A stretch of DNA of 64,000 nt from Pseudovirgaria hyperparasitica (Eukaryota), in the NCBI GenBank assembly GCA_010093815.1, contig ML996571.1; one strand, written 5' to 3'. This document shows, piece by piece, positions 1 through 12,450 of this stretch. The notes beneath the pieces are model-generated. The model ran no database searches, was not told where the DNA came from, and saw nothing but the letters and a program-made list of their open reading frames with translations. The position numbers and the translations under genes are program-made. Each line of letters opens with the position of its first letter. Positions within the stretch are counted from its first letter, which is position 1.

Positions 1-488
1 GCCCAGATGACAGGCCTCGCACTAGGTGCATGGGAGAACGCCGCCAAGTAAGAGACTACCCTCACACAGCCTCTCCACGTCCCACAAACATGACTAATCC
101 GGGGCACCCTCCCAACCGCAGATACGTCTGGAACGACCGCAAGCAATTCGGCAAGCTCATCGGCGAATTCCAAGGCATGCAGCACCAGCTCGCGCAGGCC
201 TACGTCGAGATCCAAGCCGCGCGCGCCCTCGTCTTCAACGCGGCGCGCAAGAAGGAGGCCGGCCAGGACTTTGTCCGCGACGCGGCCATGGCGAAGCTGT
301 ATAGCTCGCAGGTCGCGCAGCGCGTGGCGGGCCAGGCTATCGAGTGGATGGGCGGCATGGGCTTTGTGCGCGAGGGCTTGGCGGAGAAGTTCTGGCGCGA
401 CAGCAAGATTGGCGCGATTTATGAGGGCACGAGCAATATCCAGCTCAATACGATTGCGAAGTTGTTGCAGAATGAGTATACGAAGTAG
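1..488 (+). CDS. Short/branched-chain acyl-CoA dehydrogenase, C-terminal part (gene starts left of the window)
   Basis: AQMTGLALGAWENAAK is spliced across intron 48-121 (GTAAGA...TGACTAAT...CAG) to YVWNDRKQFGK...FQGMQHQLA...AAMAKL...GGMGF...WRDSKIGAIYEGTSNIQL. These are the ACAD C-terminal domain motifs. Confidence 0.93.
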   Translation, partial: PDDRPRTRCMGERRQVRDYPHTASPRPTNMTNPGHPPNRRYVWNDRKQFGKLIGEFQGMQHQLAQAYVEIQAARALVFNAARKKEAGQDFVRDAAMAKLYSSQVAQRVAGQAIEWMGGMGFVREGLAEKFWRDSKIGAIYEGTSNIQLNTIAKLLQNEYTK

Positions 489-2160
489 GCAGCTAGGTGG
501 AAAGGCAGGGTGGAAGTGTATGGGTTGGATTTGGATCTTGGCTTGTTGAACGGCGCGAATTGTGTGGGAGAGTACAAGTATTAGTGGATGGATAGATGGA
601 TAGATGGGTGGATATTGGTGGGTGATCCGTATAACAATAGTATAAATACAAAATTCTAAAGTTTTTTTTTTTGCTTCGAGGTTGCACCCGGCTACGTACG
701 ACGTGTTTTTCACCAATTTCGCATACTCCCTTCCCGTTTTTCGGGCCCCCTTCTTGCTCCCAGTAGTAACAGTAACGCAGTTTGTATAATTTCTTTAATG
801 AGGACGGGGGAAAGGGGCGTTTATATATTTGTGATGGAAACAAGGCCAAGTAACGCCGTGCGGAAAAGCAGGTTGTATGTATGTATGTAGAGGGACATGG
901 GAATGATGGTTGATGCTTTTCTAACTGTTTGGACGTTGAATGTTCAATAAGTGTCAATCCATTGTCCTTGTCGTGTGTATAACGGTATATATATATATAT
1001 ATATCTCCATCCATGCCCTCGTCCGTGCACCGACCGTACTGTGTGTCTTGATCCATGCGCGATTTGATTTGGCATCTACGGCGTACCGAGCGAGTGTGTT
1101 GCTTGCCTGGAAGATGTCATCACTTTGAGCGGCGGTATCGCGCTTTAGACTCCTGGGGGTTGATGAGATTGGTCTACTCTTATAGAGGAGGTTCACATTA
1201 TAATAAACGTACATGTGTATAGATTTAGGAAGTAAGAGAAGGCTGGTTGTTGTATGTAGTGCTCAGGTTTGTGATACTAAGCTTAGCTTATTATCGAAGA
1301 GCGATCATAGGAGGAGTAATATAAGGGGAGAGACGGGGAGGATTCAATCAATGTACCTCAAACTAGGACGCTTCTAGTACAGGGGGCTATCTGCTAAGAA
1401 TTTCGTTTGTTTTCTTTTCTTTTGAAGTCTTTGGGTACTTATTTAGTGAGATCTATCGATGGTAGTTGATGTTAAGCTTGTAGATGTATTATTACATCCG
1501 CATACATAAGCGCTATTTGCACAAAGAGCTCCAGACGAATAGAGACGAATACACATACACCACACACACACACACGCATATGAGTGAGTGATACGACGTA
1601 GCTTCCATCCAGCCAGACAACTCAAAACCCATCAATCAGCCTTCCCTCTTCCCACCGACCCAAACACACTTTTCATACCAACGCAGCAACGCCCCAAAAC
1701 GACCCCCCCCTCAGAAAACGGCACCGAGAAATAATTTAAATCATAACCGCGCAGCAGAGCGACCATGTCGCCGCCAACGCATACACTACCGTCCCTCGTT
1801 CCCTCCTTCTTCCTGCACAATCAAATGGATCCCCGCCCACCCCCTCCCCCCCTTCGGCCCCCAACCCCAACTTGTCCTCACAGGGCGGCCAATCAGATGT
1901 CGGATAATACCCAACCCGTCTGCCCTGGCAGATTGGATTCTGGATTCGGGCATCTATCCATGTAGATTGACTTGTTTAGGGGGGTGGGACATGGGGGGGG
2001 CGTGGTATGTATGTATGTATGGACTGTATGGACTGTTTGTGTGTATGTGTGTATGTATGTGGGTGGTATGTGGTAATTATGTGCAGACGACAAGGATTTA
2101 AACGGAGGGTGCGGTTTCTGTGCTGGTTTGGGTGGTGTGGGTGAGCAAGGGGGGGTGGAT

Positions 2161-2232
2161 GTGTGGTAGTAGTGTGGTAGTGTGTAGTAGTGTGTAGTAG
2201 TGTGTAGTAGTGTGTAGTAGTAGTGTGTGTGT
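2161..2232. repeat. Tandem 10-mer (GTGTAGTAGT)-like repeat within a low-complexity tract
   Basis: Direct reading: agtgtggtag/tgtgtagtag units repeated about 6 times, followed by a GT run. Confidence 0.85.
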
Positions 2233-5200
2233 ATGTTGTCTCGAGACGAGGCAGCGCGGCTTTGTGCATGGGTGAGTGAGGTTGCTAGCTAGGCTGGCGG
2301 TGCCGGGGGAAGGGGCAAAACGAATATAGATGTGACTGTTGCTGGTGCTGGTGCCGGTGCTAGGTGGTGCTGGGTGCTGTGGTGCTTGGTGCGGGGCAGG
2401 GGTAACGAGGGGAGGGGAGGGGTGGAAAGAGCCTAGCGTAGCGTATCCGGGTTGTCGGGGTTCTGGCGCGTCGCGCGGATTTTGTCGCACCGGTCGCTTT
2501 TTTGTAGGTGTGCGTGTGTATGTGTGTGTGTGTGCGTGATTTGGCGTCTGAAAAGGGGTGTGTTCCGGCGGCTAGCTATGGATTGCTGGGATGGATGCAT
2601 GGAAGGTTGGAAGGTTAGTCCGCTGTGCGTGGTAGTTAGTGGCTTCCGGGTCGGAAATGGGGTTGTTGGTGTGGTTAGTGGACGGGCGGGTGGGCGAGAG
2701 GGGCTGGCTTTCCGGGTCCCGCGCTTATTTTGCTTGCTTGCTTGCTTACTTGCTTGCTTACTTGCTGCTGATTGAAGTGTGCGCGTATGGCGAGCCTGGG
2801 TATGAGCGAGCGTGCGAGCGAAGGGTGTTGCGCAGGGCATCTGGTAAGCCCTGATACGAGGCGAGTGACGCAGAAGGTTGTCATGTATGCGGGAGGGGTG
2901 GCTCGAGGTCGAAAGATGTCGCGTCACCGGCGGCCGAGAAAGGGGGGAGTGGAGTGGAGTGGAGTGGGCACAAAGTGGAACGGGATGACAGAGGAGAGAG
3001 GAGAGGAGGAAAGGGCAGGTCGCAGACCCGGGACGGTGGGATTCCGAACGGTGGAAGGACAGACAGATAGACAGCGTCTGGGAGCGGTCGAGCCGGTCCT
3101 CCGGGCCGGCTAATCCCTTCTTGCATCGCATCGAGAGCTTTGTTGGCGCGGTGGAGACGCGGTGTGCGGATCTGCTTGGAGGGCGTTATGTTCGCGGTGC
3201 GATTGCTGATATGGGAAGGTGATTTACGCTTTTTTTTTCCTGGATGACGGACCGGGTGCCCCCCTTTGGATCTGTTGTTCAAGGCCTCCCCTCCCCCTCT
3301 CCGACCCTACCTCGCTCTGCAGACTTCGAAACAGGTGCTGGCGATAGCTGCAGAATCTGTGGCATGCTTTTTTGTCTGCTGCAGTTCCCGAGCCTTTGGG
3401 TGAGCCGTTGCATGATCGACACGGTGCAGTTGGACCAATAAACGTCCACTCCGGCGGTACAGCAAGACCTTCTCGACCATTTCCCAATCAGCGGTCGCAC
3501 GACCTGGGTCTGATGCTCTTGACACCGCAGACAAGCAGACGGACCGATTCTGTACGTGTCAGACGGGACACGGACGGACAGCATTGATGTAACAGACGAC
3601 AAGTGGCGTAGGACACGAATCTGTCCGCCGGCCCACAGCTGTGTAGTGTACACCGATTTCGGATATCGGTCTGAGTAATCGTGGAACGATGACAGCAATG
3701 GAGCGAAACACTGTCCACAAGGGATCCCAGGTATTATTGCATGCTGCGCGGATGTAGGTCGAAGTGCGACATTCAGTCATGCGCAGCTGCATGGCTCGTC
3801 ATCTGTCTCGATGGCTTGAATATCTCCTGGCTGAAGTCGAGCAGAACAATAAGCCCTGAGATGTCACACTTTGTATAGTCCGTGGTATCAGATCTTTGCA
3901 CTTGTATTTGTTGACTTATTACCGATTTCTTTACACGATGCTCAACCACTCGTTAAGCCGGCCATCACAAGCAAGTACACTACTGGAGCATATCAGCACG
4001 AAGAACTGATGCTGATCATCACGGACTCACGACATAAGAACAATGCTCGGTGCCGAGAACCCAACATACATCAGATAAAGGGGTGGACTCCGAGCATGTG
4101 AATCATATATCGATGTCAGGGAGAGTACATCCATCCTCCTTACTCGAAGTACTAGAAGTAAAAGAAATACTAATGCAGGTATTGTCTGGCTGAGCAACCT
4201 GCCAAGTGCCGGGTATGAGTCTCACTGGGAAGGTGAAGGTAACAACGGTACACGGAGTCTGGATTTAGTAAATGGTACTTTTCACACGTCAAGACGTCGT
4301 CTCTGTTGAAAGTAGACCAGATAGACCAGATTTCTTCTCCACCAAACCTTGTGGTCACATTTCACACTTTCTCCGCACAACAATGAACTACATTACATCT
4401 CACATAATATGTTTCCTTACGGTAAAGCTAACGCAGTGATAAAACACCCTTCTCGCTCAAAGCTACTCAAGATCATTAACATTACGATGATGATTATGAT
4501 CATCATCACCATACAGAAGTGTCGTCCGACAGTATCAACCGAAATTCCCACATCATCACCCATCAGCAACCAGGACAACCATGACACATCTGAGTTAGTC
4601 CCCAGGACCCTAACAAAGGGCGTGGATATGATATAACCCAACCCACATCTACTCTCTGCAGTAGTGAAGGCCAGGGAAATCTCGACGCTTCTAGGACCAG
4701 ACATGGTAGAGAATCTCGCGGTATTTATGTAATTTGAGAGCGCCGGGTAGGTCTGCCTGTAGATGAATCATGGATCCCTAACGATTGTTTACGGATCTGT
4801 GAATGAAGACTGTACAGGGAATACAAGCGGCTCCGTATCGTCAAGGCTACGGCTTTGCCCTTTTTTCGGGGAATATTGGTTACATATCCTCTGTAGTTCG
4901 TAGTGTAATCCATAGTTCGGGTAACTGTTCGATATCGGGCTTCCTGTCACCCCTATCATTCTTCGCGTTTTCAGGTCTATCCTTTCGTCAATCTCAAGTA
5001 TCTAGTCCATCCTGCACAATACACCTACCTACCTTACACCGCCCTATCTCAGAAATCCATCCTAACCCTCATAGCCTCATAGCAATGGTAGATGAACTAC
5101 AAATAGACCATGATAGTCAGTTCTACATCCCTATTCAAGCATCCAAAGTACCATATACGCATTAACCCGCCTCCCGCTATATCCCCAACCTAGCATCCTC

Positions 5201-5991
5201 CCATCCCATTCCTACCCAAGCCCAGACTACACACCTCCTCCTACACCCCCCAACAAACCCAACACACAATCCCCACCAACCAATCTCAAACCCACCAGCC
5301 CCCTCAATCCACCCCCAACCCCCCAAACACCCCCCATACAAAACCCAACTCCTCACCTCACCAACCCCCGCCGCCTCAGGACATCTCATCTGGCACATAG
5401 CTAAGTCAGCCTATATACCATCATGCCCAATGCCCAAATGACGAGAAAAAGCGAGATGAAACGCGAGGATATATATGCATGGAAGGCTTGTGATGATGTG
5501 CGTTTGTGGGGGTTTATGGAAGATTACGGTTATTGGGATGGGGGTGTTCCGGGCTGGGTTGTTGTGTACTGATGCTAATGTTGAGTAATGATGTAGAAGG
5601 AAGGGCATGGAGAGGGAGATGTTGGCGGGCTTGCTGTTTGTGTCTCGTGTGTGTCTGTGTGTGTGTGTGTGTGTGGTAGAGACTGTGCAGACAGAGACGG
5701 TAGATGGAAACGAGGATGTGGTCTGTGATGGTTATGGTGAGTAGAGAGGACGAGATGAGTTTTTCGTGTGGATTTTGAGGCCATGAGATGGATACGATAC
5801 TCTGCCACGCACTGTCGTCAGTCTCCCGTAATTGAATGTCCAAGAAGAAACACCAGCCAGGCCTGCCACACGCTTCCATCATGAATGAACGAACATCTAA
5901 GCGTGATAATCAGAACCCCAGTGTATTCGTACATATACACGACCGACACAAGTATATACAAAAGGCTCGATATGGACAAATGCCACATCAG

Positions 5992-8130
5992 TCAGTGGTC
6001 ATATCGCTGTACCACCTCACCCGGCCCCGGCCTCTCGACGCGCACAATCTTATCGCAGTTGAGCAGACACAAGGGGTCAAATGCTTTCTTGAGCTATGAC
6101 GGGTCAGCACACTGCATCTAGAGGCCTCAGATTTGCAATAACAACGTACCTTGCGCATAGCAGCGACCGTCTCATCGCTCGTCTCGTACGGTAGAGCGTC
6201 ACGCTTGATCAGCCCGACGCCGTGCTCTCCGGTCGCTGTGCCCTCCATCTCGATCGCGCGCGCGACCATGCGGTGGACGACGTCCTCGGCCGTCTTGCGC
6301 TCGTTGTCATTGTACAGGAGGATAGCTGCAATGTATGTCAGTGGACTTCTTGTTTTGCTTGATAAGATAGGAGACGTGTAGATCTCACAATGGAAGTTCC
6401 CATCCCCGACATGCCCAACAATGCTCGCAAACAGTCCACTGCTCGCGATATCGGCCTTCGTCTCCTCTATGATCTGTGGTAGCCTCGAGATCGGTACGGC
6501 GACATCTGTAGTCCAGACATGGTCGTTGTCGTCCCGCTTCTTGGCCATGGTGCTCCACAACGCCTCTTTTCGCGCCGACCAGAGTTCGTTAGCCTCATCT
6601 GCAGATCTGGCGAATTCAAAGCCTTTGCTGCCAGCCTTCTTTGCTAGCTTTTGCACAATGCCGATCTGTTCCTTGACACCTGTCGGGGTACCTGCGAATT
6701 TGAAGAAGAGAGTCGGTGCTTCTTTCCATGTCCGTGATGTGGACCCAGCCTCGTTGATGCACTTCATCTGCACATCGTCGAGAATCTCGATGGCCGCGAT
6801 TGGAACACCCGCGCCAACAACGGCGAAAACACAGTCCGCGGCTTCCCGTATCGAATTGAAGCTGCACACTGCTACCGAAGTGTTTGCAGGCTTCGTGGTT
6901 ACCTTGAGAGTGGCTTCTGTGACCAGTCCAAGAGTACCCTCGCTGCCGATGAACATGCGCGTGAGATCGTAGCCAGCACTACTCTTGCGAGGACGTTGAC
7001 GAGTCTTGATGATCGTTCCGTCAGCGAGTACTACTGTGAGCGAGATGACCCATTCCTTCATAGTTCCGTATCGATATGCGTTCGTCCCCGAACAGCCAGT
7101 TCCAATCATGCCGCCGATTTGCGCTCCCGGACCCGGATCAGGCGGGAAGAAAAGTCCTATATCCGCGAGATCCTCATTAAGGTTCTCCCATCCGACAGCT
7201 GGCTGAACGATACAGTCCATGTCTTCCTTGTTGATGTTAAGAATCTTGTCCATGCGCGAAAAGTCTACACAGATGCCTCCTCTTGTCGCCGCAAAGTGTC
7301 CCTCCAAACTTGTGCCGCCGGAGTATGCAGTGACTGGAATTCTACGCTCGTGGCATATCTTCATAATCTTGCTCACCTCCTCCGTAGACGCTGGCTTGAC
7401 AACCGCGAAAGGAATCTGGCTCTCTTTGAGCTGATGCGACGACCAGTCAGATCCGGCATGACTCTTCCTGTCAAATTCGTCCTCAGATATATTCTCCTCT
7501 CCCACAACTTCTCGCAAATCAACCCAAGCTGACTGTAAATTCGAGCGTTGAACGTTGTGTACCGGCGCTACGGCATCATTTAGAGGTATCGTCGAGCTCG
7601 TGTCCTGCTCCCTGGGCGACTTTTTGCCTACTGCCCATCCAAAGCCTCCAGCAACCGCCATGACTATAGTCTCGTTAGCCAACATCTCCCAAGGACAACA
7701 CTATATCCAGCTTACCGAAGAGATATGTCAGTCCAGCCGTAGCTTTGCCACCCTTCATCTCATGCCCCATGCCCTCATACTTTTTCTGCTCATCCTTCTC
7801 GCGCTGCACACGGTCGTACATGCTCTGGAAGACCTGAGGGTGAAACTTCTTCTCACGCTTCTCTCCCTCTGGCGCAGACTTTCCTGGGCCGTCAGACTTT
7901 TGCCCGATCTGATCGCGAAAGCTCTTTTCTTGTAAAAGTGATGTGGTAGCGGAGAAGAGCCTTCGTGGGCTCGGCTGTGAACCTGCGGATGATCCGAGAC
8001 TAAGAGCTCCATATTGGGACTGTGGATGTAGTCTTAAAGCTCTACATACAGCTGTCGTTCTGGTATCGAGAATTCGCGTTGCGATTAACGAGTGACGAGT
8101 CGCTACGCGCGAATATGCCGTATACGTCAT
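5992..8130 (-). CDS. dld1: D-lactate dehydrogenase (cytochrome), FAD-linked oxidase, with a mitochondrial-type presequence
   Basis: Contains the motifs YSGGTSLEGH, FFPPDPGPGAQIGGMIGTGCSGTNAYRYGTM, GYDLTRMFIGSEGTLG, GHVGDGNFH and GEHGVG. The N-terminus is Arg/Ser-rich. There is an intron at 7664-7715 and two more near the 3' end; the spliced C-terminus reads ...DPLCLLNCDKIVRVERPGPGEVVQRYDH*. Confidence 0.92.
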
Positions 8131-8892
8131 AGCGAGTGTTTTAAAGAGGCAGTGGTATAACTATCAAGGCGCAGAAGGTATGAACATGGCCGATCACAAG
8201 AGGAGTCTGCGTGAGCTCCGAGTGCTGCGACAAGCTTCGGTCGTGGGGAAGCTTGAAGCTTGAAGCTTTACCAGGATAAACGATCAAACCACAGGGCTGG
8301 AGTTAGCTCGGGCTTGGCGTTGTGCTTGGTTCAATCTCACCATGATTCAGATATTTGTACACAAGGCCCAAGTATTATCACGAATGAACAGGGCGCTTCG
8401 TAGTTCATAGCACCATAGTGGGGTATAATTGATTTGAAAGACGCATGCTGCGTCTGGAAGTATGTTATGGAGTGCTTCTATGGACATGCTCAGTGCTAAC
8501 TGCCTCAGGCCTCTCTTGAGTGCGATCATGATTCTCTTGACAGACGGCGACGCTGATGCAGAAGACCCAAGAAGGTCCAAGAAGTATGGTATAAGCTTGC
8601 AATCCTAAGGCGCCGATAATCCCATGAAAGCGACAAGGCCAAAGATGCACGATAGAATAGCATTCATATGTGCAGAGCTGGACCTTGATGAAACCACCTA
8701 TAAACGAAGATAAATCCCCCAAGAATAACGCCGCGCTGAAGATGAAAGGGTAGTCGAAGCGAATACAGAATCAAGTCGATGAGATGGCGTGAGTATGAAG
8801 AAACATCGAGCTCAGCCTAATATGGGAAGAAGTAATAGGCGTGAGAAGAGTCACCAAATAGATATTGGTTCACGAGATAAGTGCTGAACGGA

Positions 8893-10131
8893 TCAACGCG
8901 AATGACCGTGATGTCCCATTCGAAGAAAGCGAGTCCTGAGCCACGCAATGAAGGACAGCCATCGACTCCTTGCCTTCTTCGTCTTCGACAAGTCTTGCGT
9001 TGTATGCGTGCGTTTGGCCGACAGACCAGTGTCAACTCTCGCGGGCATGGATCGCGCATGCGCAGGTCGGAATTCGCCATATTCGCGGCCAATGACGTTT
9101 GTATATTCCAGCTTTTCATTGCTCACACTCAAAGATCGTTTGCTTGCAGCCTCCTCTTTTCGTCTTTGGCGATCACGTTTACGTTCATCCCTGCGAGCAT
9201 CTTGATCTGCCTTCTTCATGGCCTCCTTTTCCATTTTTCGGTCCTTTGCTTCTTCTTTCTCTTTATATGCTTGCCGAGCAAGACGAATCTCATTCGCACG
9301 CGAAACTGGATCTAAGGGCGAATCGCGGCCACGAATGAGACTGAATTTATCAAGTGACGGACGAGAACTGGGAGCGGTTGCGAAAGAGTCTAGTGAGCGA
9401 AGAGTGTCCCCACGCGGTCGGCCAGCGACAGGAGAGGCTATGGAAAGACTGCTCTGCGATGGGGTTCCCATCTTGGTGAACGAAGATGATGTTATCAGGA
9501 GCGGTGGCATTGGCGGTGCTTTACTCGAAGATATCGAGGTTGATCGTCGTGATGGGCCTGGAGGAAGGGAGCGATCACGGATGCTCTCGGTATAGACGAC
9601 ATCATGCGCCTCTGAGTCTTCTTCACAACCATTACTTGAATTGGCGTATGATGGTACTGGCGGCGTGTATGGTCGCGGAGTCGGTCTTAGAGGGTGAATG
9701 TGATACGGCTGTGAAGGGCGTGGTCCGGAGTTGTTGGAAAACTGGGATGTGTTGCTGGTGGACCTTGAATGCTTCGTGCGCGTGCCTATGGGTGAAAAGG
9801 TAACATCTGATATGGTTCTAGGAGAACTAATGTGGATATCGTCGATGCCCAAGCCTGTAAGACCTTCATTCTCAGCAGCTGGACGTGATAGGTCGATCCC
9901 TCCTTCGTTTTTCATTGATAGCTTTCGCAAATATGGCTTAATCTTGACTGACTTCGGAGACGCCATTTCTAAAACGCCACTTTCTTTCCATGTCGGTTCA
10001 ATCGCATAACAATCGGCCCATGGCATTTCAGTCGAATGTAGGCTGGCTGGGCTCTTCATTGATGTTGTGGAGTTTTCGCGTTTGTGAAGCCTCGCATGGT
10101 TGGCCAGACTTGCAGCAGACTTCCTAGCCAT
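8893..10131 (-). CDS. Uncharacterised Ser/Pro-rich fungal protein with C-terminal charged coiled coil and amphipathic tail
   Basis: Long intronless ORF; likely start is MARKSAA at 10131. It contains KIKPYLRKLS...IDLSRPAAENEGL, a K/E/R-rich coil and a terminal RWLSFIAWLRTRF helix. Confidence 0.75.
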   Translation of the reverse strand: MARKSAASLANHARLHKRENSTTSMKSPASLHSTEMPWADCYAIEPTWKESGVLEMASPKSVKIKPYLRKLSMKNEGGIDLSRPAAENEGLTGLGIDDIHISSPRTISDVTFSPIGTRTKHSRSTSNTSQFSNNSGPRPSQPYHIHPLRPTPRPYTPPVPSYANSSNGCEEDSEAHDVVYTESIRDRSLPPGPSRRSTSISSSKAPPMPPLLITSSSFTKMGTPSQSSLSIASPVAGRPRGDTLRSLDSFATAPSSRPSLDKFSLIRGRDSPLDPVSRANEIRLARQAYKEKEEAKDRKMEKEAMKKADQDARRDERKRDRQRRKEEAASKRSLSVSNEKLEYTNVIGREYGEFRPAHARSMPARVDTGLSAKRTHTTQDLSKTKKARSRWLSFIAWLRTRFLRMGHHGHSR

Positions 10132-12450
10132 GGTTGTTGGGTATCTCGGTTCTTTGTCCCGGTATCTTGCTAATACGACAATGCGACACGTACGTTTTCG
10201 GGCTTTGATAGGGGTATCGGAGTAGGCAATCGTTGTTACCGATGCATGTCGTTGTTGAGTCGAATTTATCGTTTCCAGAAGGTATAGATTCACGTGAAGC
10301 AATGTCCAGCAGTTTGCGACCTTGACCGTGATCGCCGGATCGATATGGAAGACAAAGGGGAGCAAGAAGCTGTCTGGAGATGCAGGGCAGCGATCGTCAC
10401 CGCTAAGTGCAGTGGTCAGTGGGACCGTGGGGATGGTCGCGGGAGGAGGCTTGAGAGGTAAGAATGCATTCGATTAGATGACACAACAGACCCTCTCACA
10501 AGGCCATCGCCTTGTGGTACAGCGCAGGTTTGAGGATGAGATGAGGAGAGGGACGGGAAGCGAGAGGAGGTATGAGGAGGAGTGAGGAGGAGCAGAAGTA
10601 GAGATGGTGATGAGCGTATCACGATGATAAGACAAGGCAGTGGCAGCAACAACAGTGGTTCGGCCCAGCCGGCGTTCCAGCGTAGCGCAGCATCAGCATC
10701 CGCATCAGCATTCCAAGGTTCCAACATCCAACCTGGGGCGACCCGCAAGCGCCAGCCAGAGTCAAGACTGCCTGAATCTCGAACCCGCGGCAGGATGCGA
10801 CCTCAGCTTTATCGTTCTCGGTGGGGCTCAGATCTCAATTCACCAAACAATAACGTCAATGCAGTCCTTCTCTCCAGTCTCCAGCCTGATTCGGATGTCT
10901 TGCCATGCATGCTTTCCCCTCAGTTTTCGTCCTCCTTTGTAGCAGGCATTCGGCGTTTTGACTCCTCCCCAGACTGCATCCCAACAAGCCGTCCTCAATG
11001 CGCGGCATGTATGTAGAAGCATCCTTGAATCATCATCCTCCTCTCCAGCTGACGGCGGCTCGGAACCGACAAATGCCGCACACCTCAGCGATCGCGATGG
11101 ACTTTGACAAGCCACTTTTCGCGTCTGAACGAGGCTGGGCTTGCTCCAGACCGCCATGCTCGCGACTTACCATCATTCGCTTCGGTAATAGTACCTGTCG
11201 TAAGAACCACAAACTACGAGCGCCACATGTTGTGCATGTGTGTCTGGATGGAGTCATACACGTGCCGCCGTGTCAGATCTCATCAGTTTGACAACACCAA
11301 ATCCTTCATTCAGCATGGCGGCTATCAAGCCAGCTGTCAATCTTCCCTCCCATGCGCAGGCGTCCCAGGACGAGTGTTGCCAGGCATGTCATGTTTGCGT
11401 AGTTCCGCAGCAATAATCATGATACTGCACCACTCGTGCTGTGACGTATAGAACACCAAGTCTCCAGGTCTAATTGCAACTTGAACCTGTCCTCCCCACT
11501 CCCCCTCGTCCATCGTTTGAGGTCTGGACGCACGACAGCAGTCACCCCAATGGTCACCCCACACTGAGAGTCCCAGATCTACGCAAGCTATACCTTCAGA
11601 TACGCAACCCACCCACCAGTTCCACGGCATCGCTAGTAGCGACCGAGGTCAGCCGAAACGAGCGACCTTGGCCTTGTGCGTTAGACACAGCATCACCGAC
11701 TAATTAAATCGAACGAAAGTCCTAGTCTCGATTCTCTCGTCAAAATGCCACCAAGGAAACTGCATATAATGTGTAGTCACCATTACGCCATGTCGTCATT
11801 TGTAGATACAAAGACCAAGTACCTTGCCAGGAACTAACAACAGCCTCTTCTTGTTCGCAGTCGCCCTCAATCGCGAAAGTCCCGAGTACAACCATTGCAC
11901 TAGACGATGACCGCTCCTGACGAAATGCACTGGAATGATGACGTCCATTCACCATATCCACACCTGATCATCTTCATGTCTATATGACAGGGGTACGAGT
12001 TTACCAGTAATCGCTATCAATAGCGCATTCGGTGAATATCTCGACTGCCGTAATGAAGCACACCAATTGCCATTGCCATATTCGGGGCTTACACCAGTGA
12101 CACGGGGATTACTCCTAGCTTTGGAGGTACATACGTACTCCGACTATTGACTGAAAAAAATATGCCGCATGTTTATTTTGAAATTACACCCAGATCCCAC
12201 CATTTCCACTGCCACACTCCTATGCTCACATTGCGCGCCAAACTCAGATTCCCTCCGTGGCTTCCGGGTGACCTTATTTCCAGATCGGAAAATGACAGGA
12301 AGATTAAATAGATGCAGCGAAAGAGAGATAGAGATGCGGGGGGTATATAGCGCACAGCGAGTTCGAAAAACCACCAAAACCTCCCTGCACCTCGCAAATA
12401 AGTGCTAAAATCGGCGTATAACTCATGACTGCCTCCTGGGTGGCAATAGC

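Noticed and set aside
11870..12115. Possible RNase MRP RNA (GAAAGTCCCGA ... TCGGGGCTTAC could pair like helix P4)
   Set aside because: There is no GARAR-loop P8 hairpin and no convincing P1/P2 helices. A 9-bp match with G-U pairs can arise by chance. An Infernal search would settle it.
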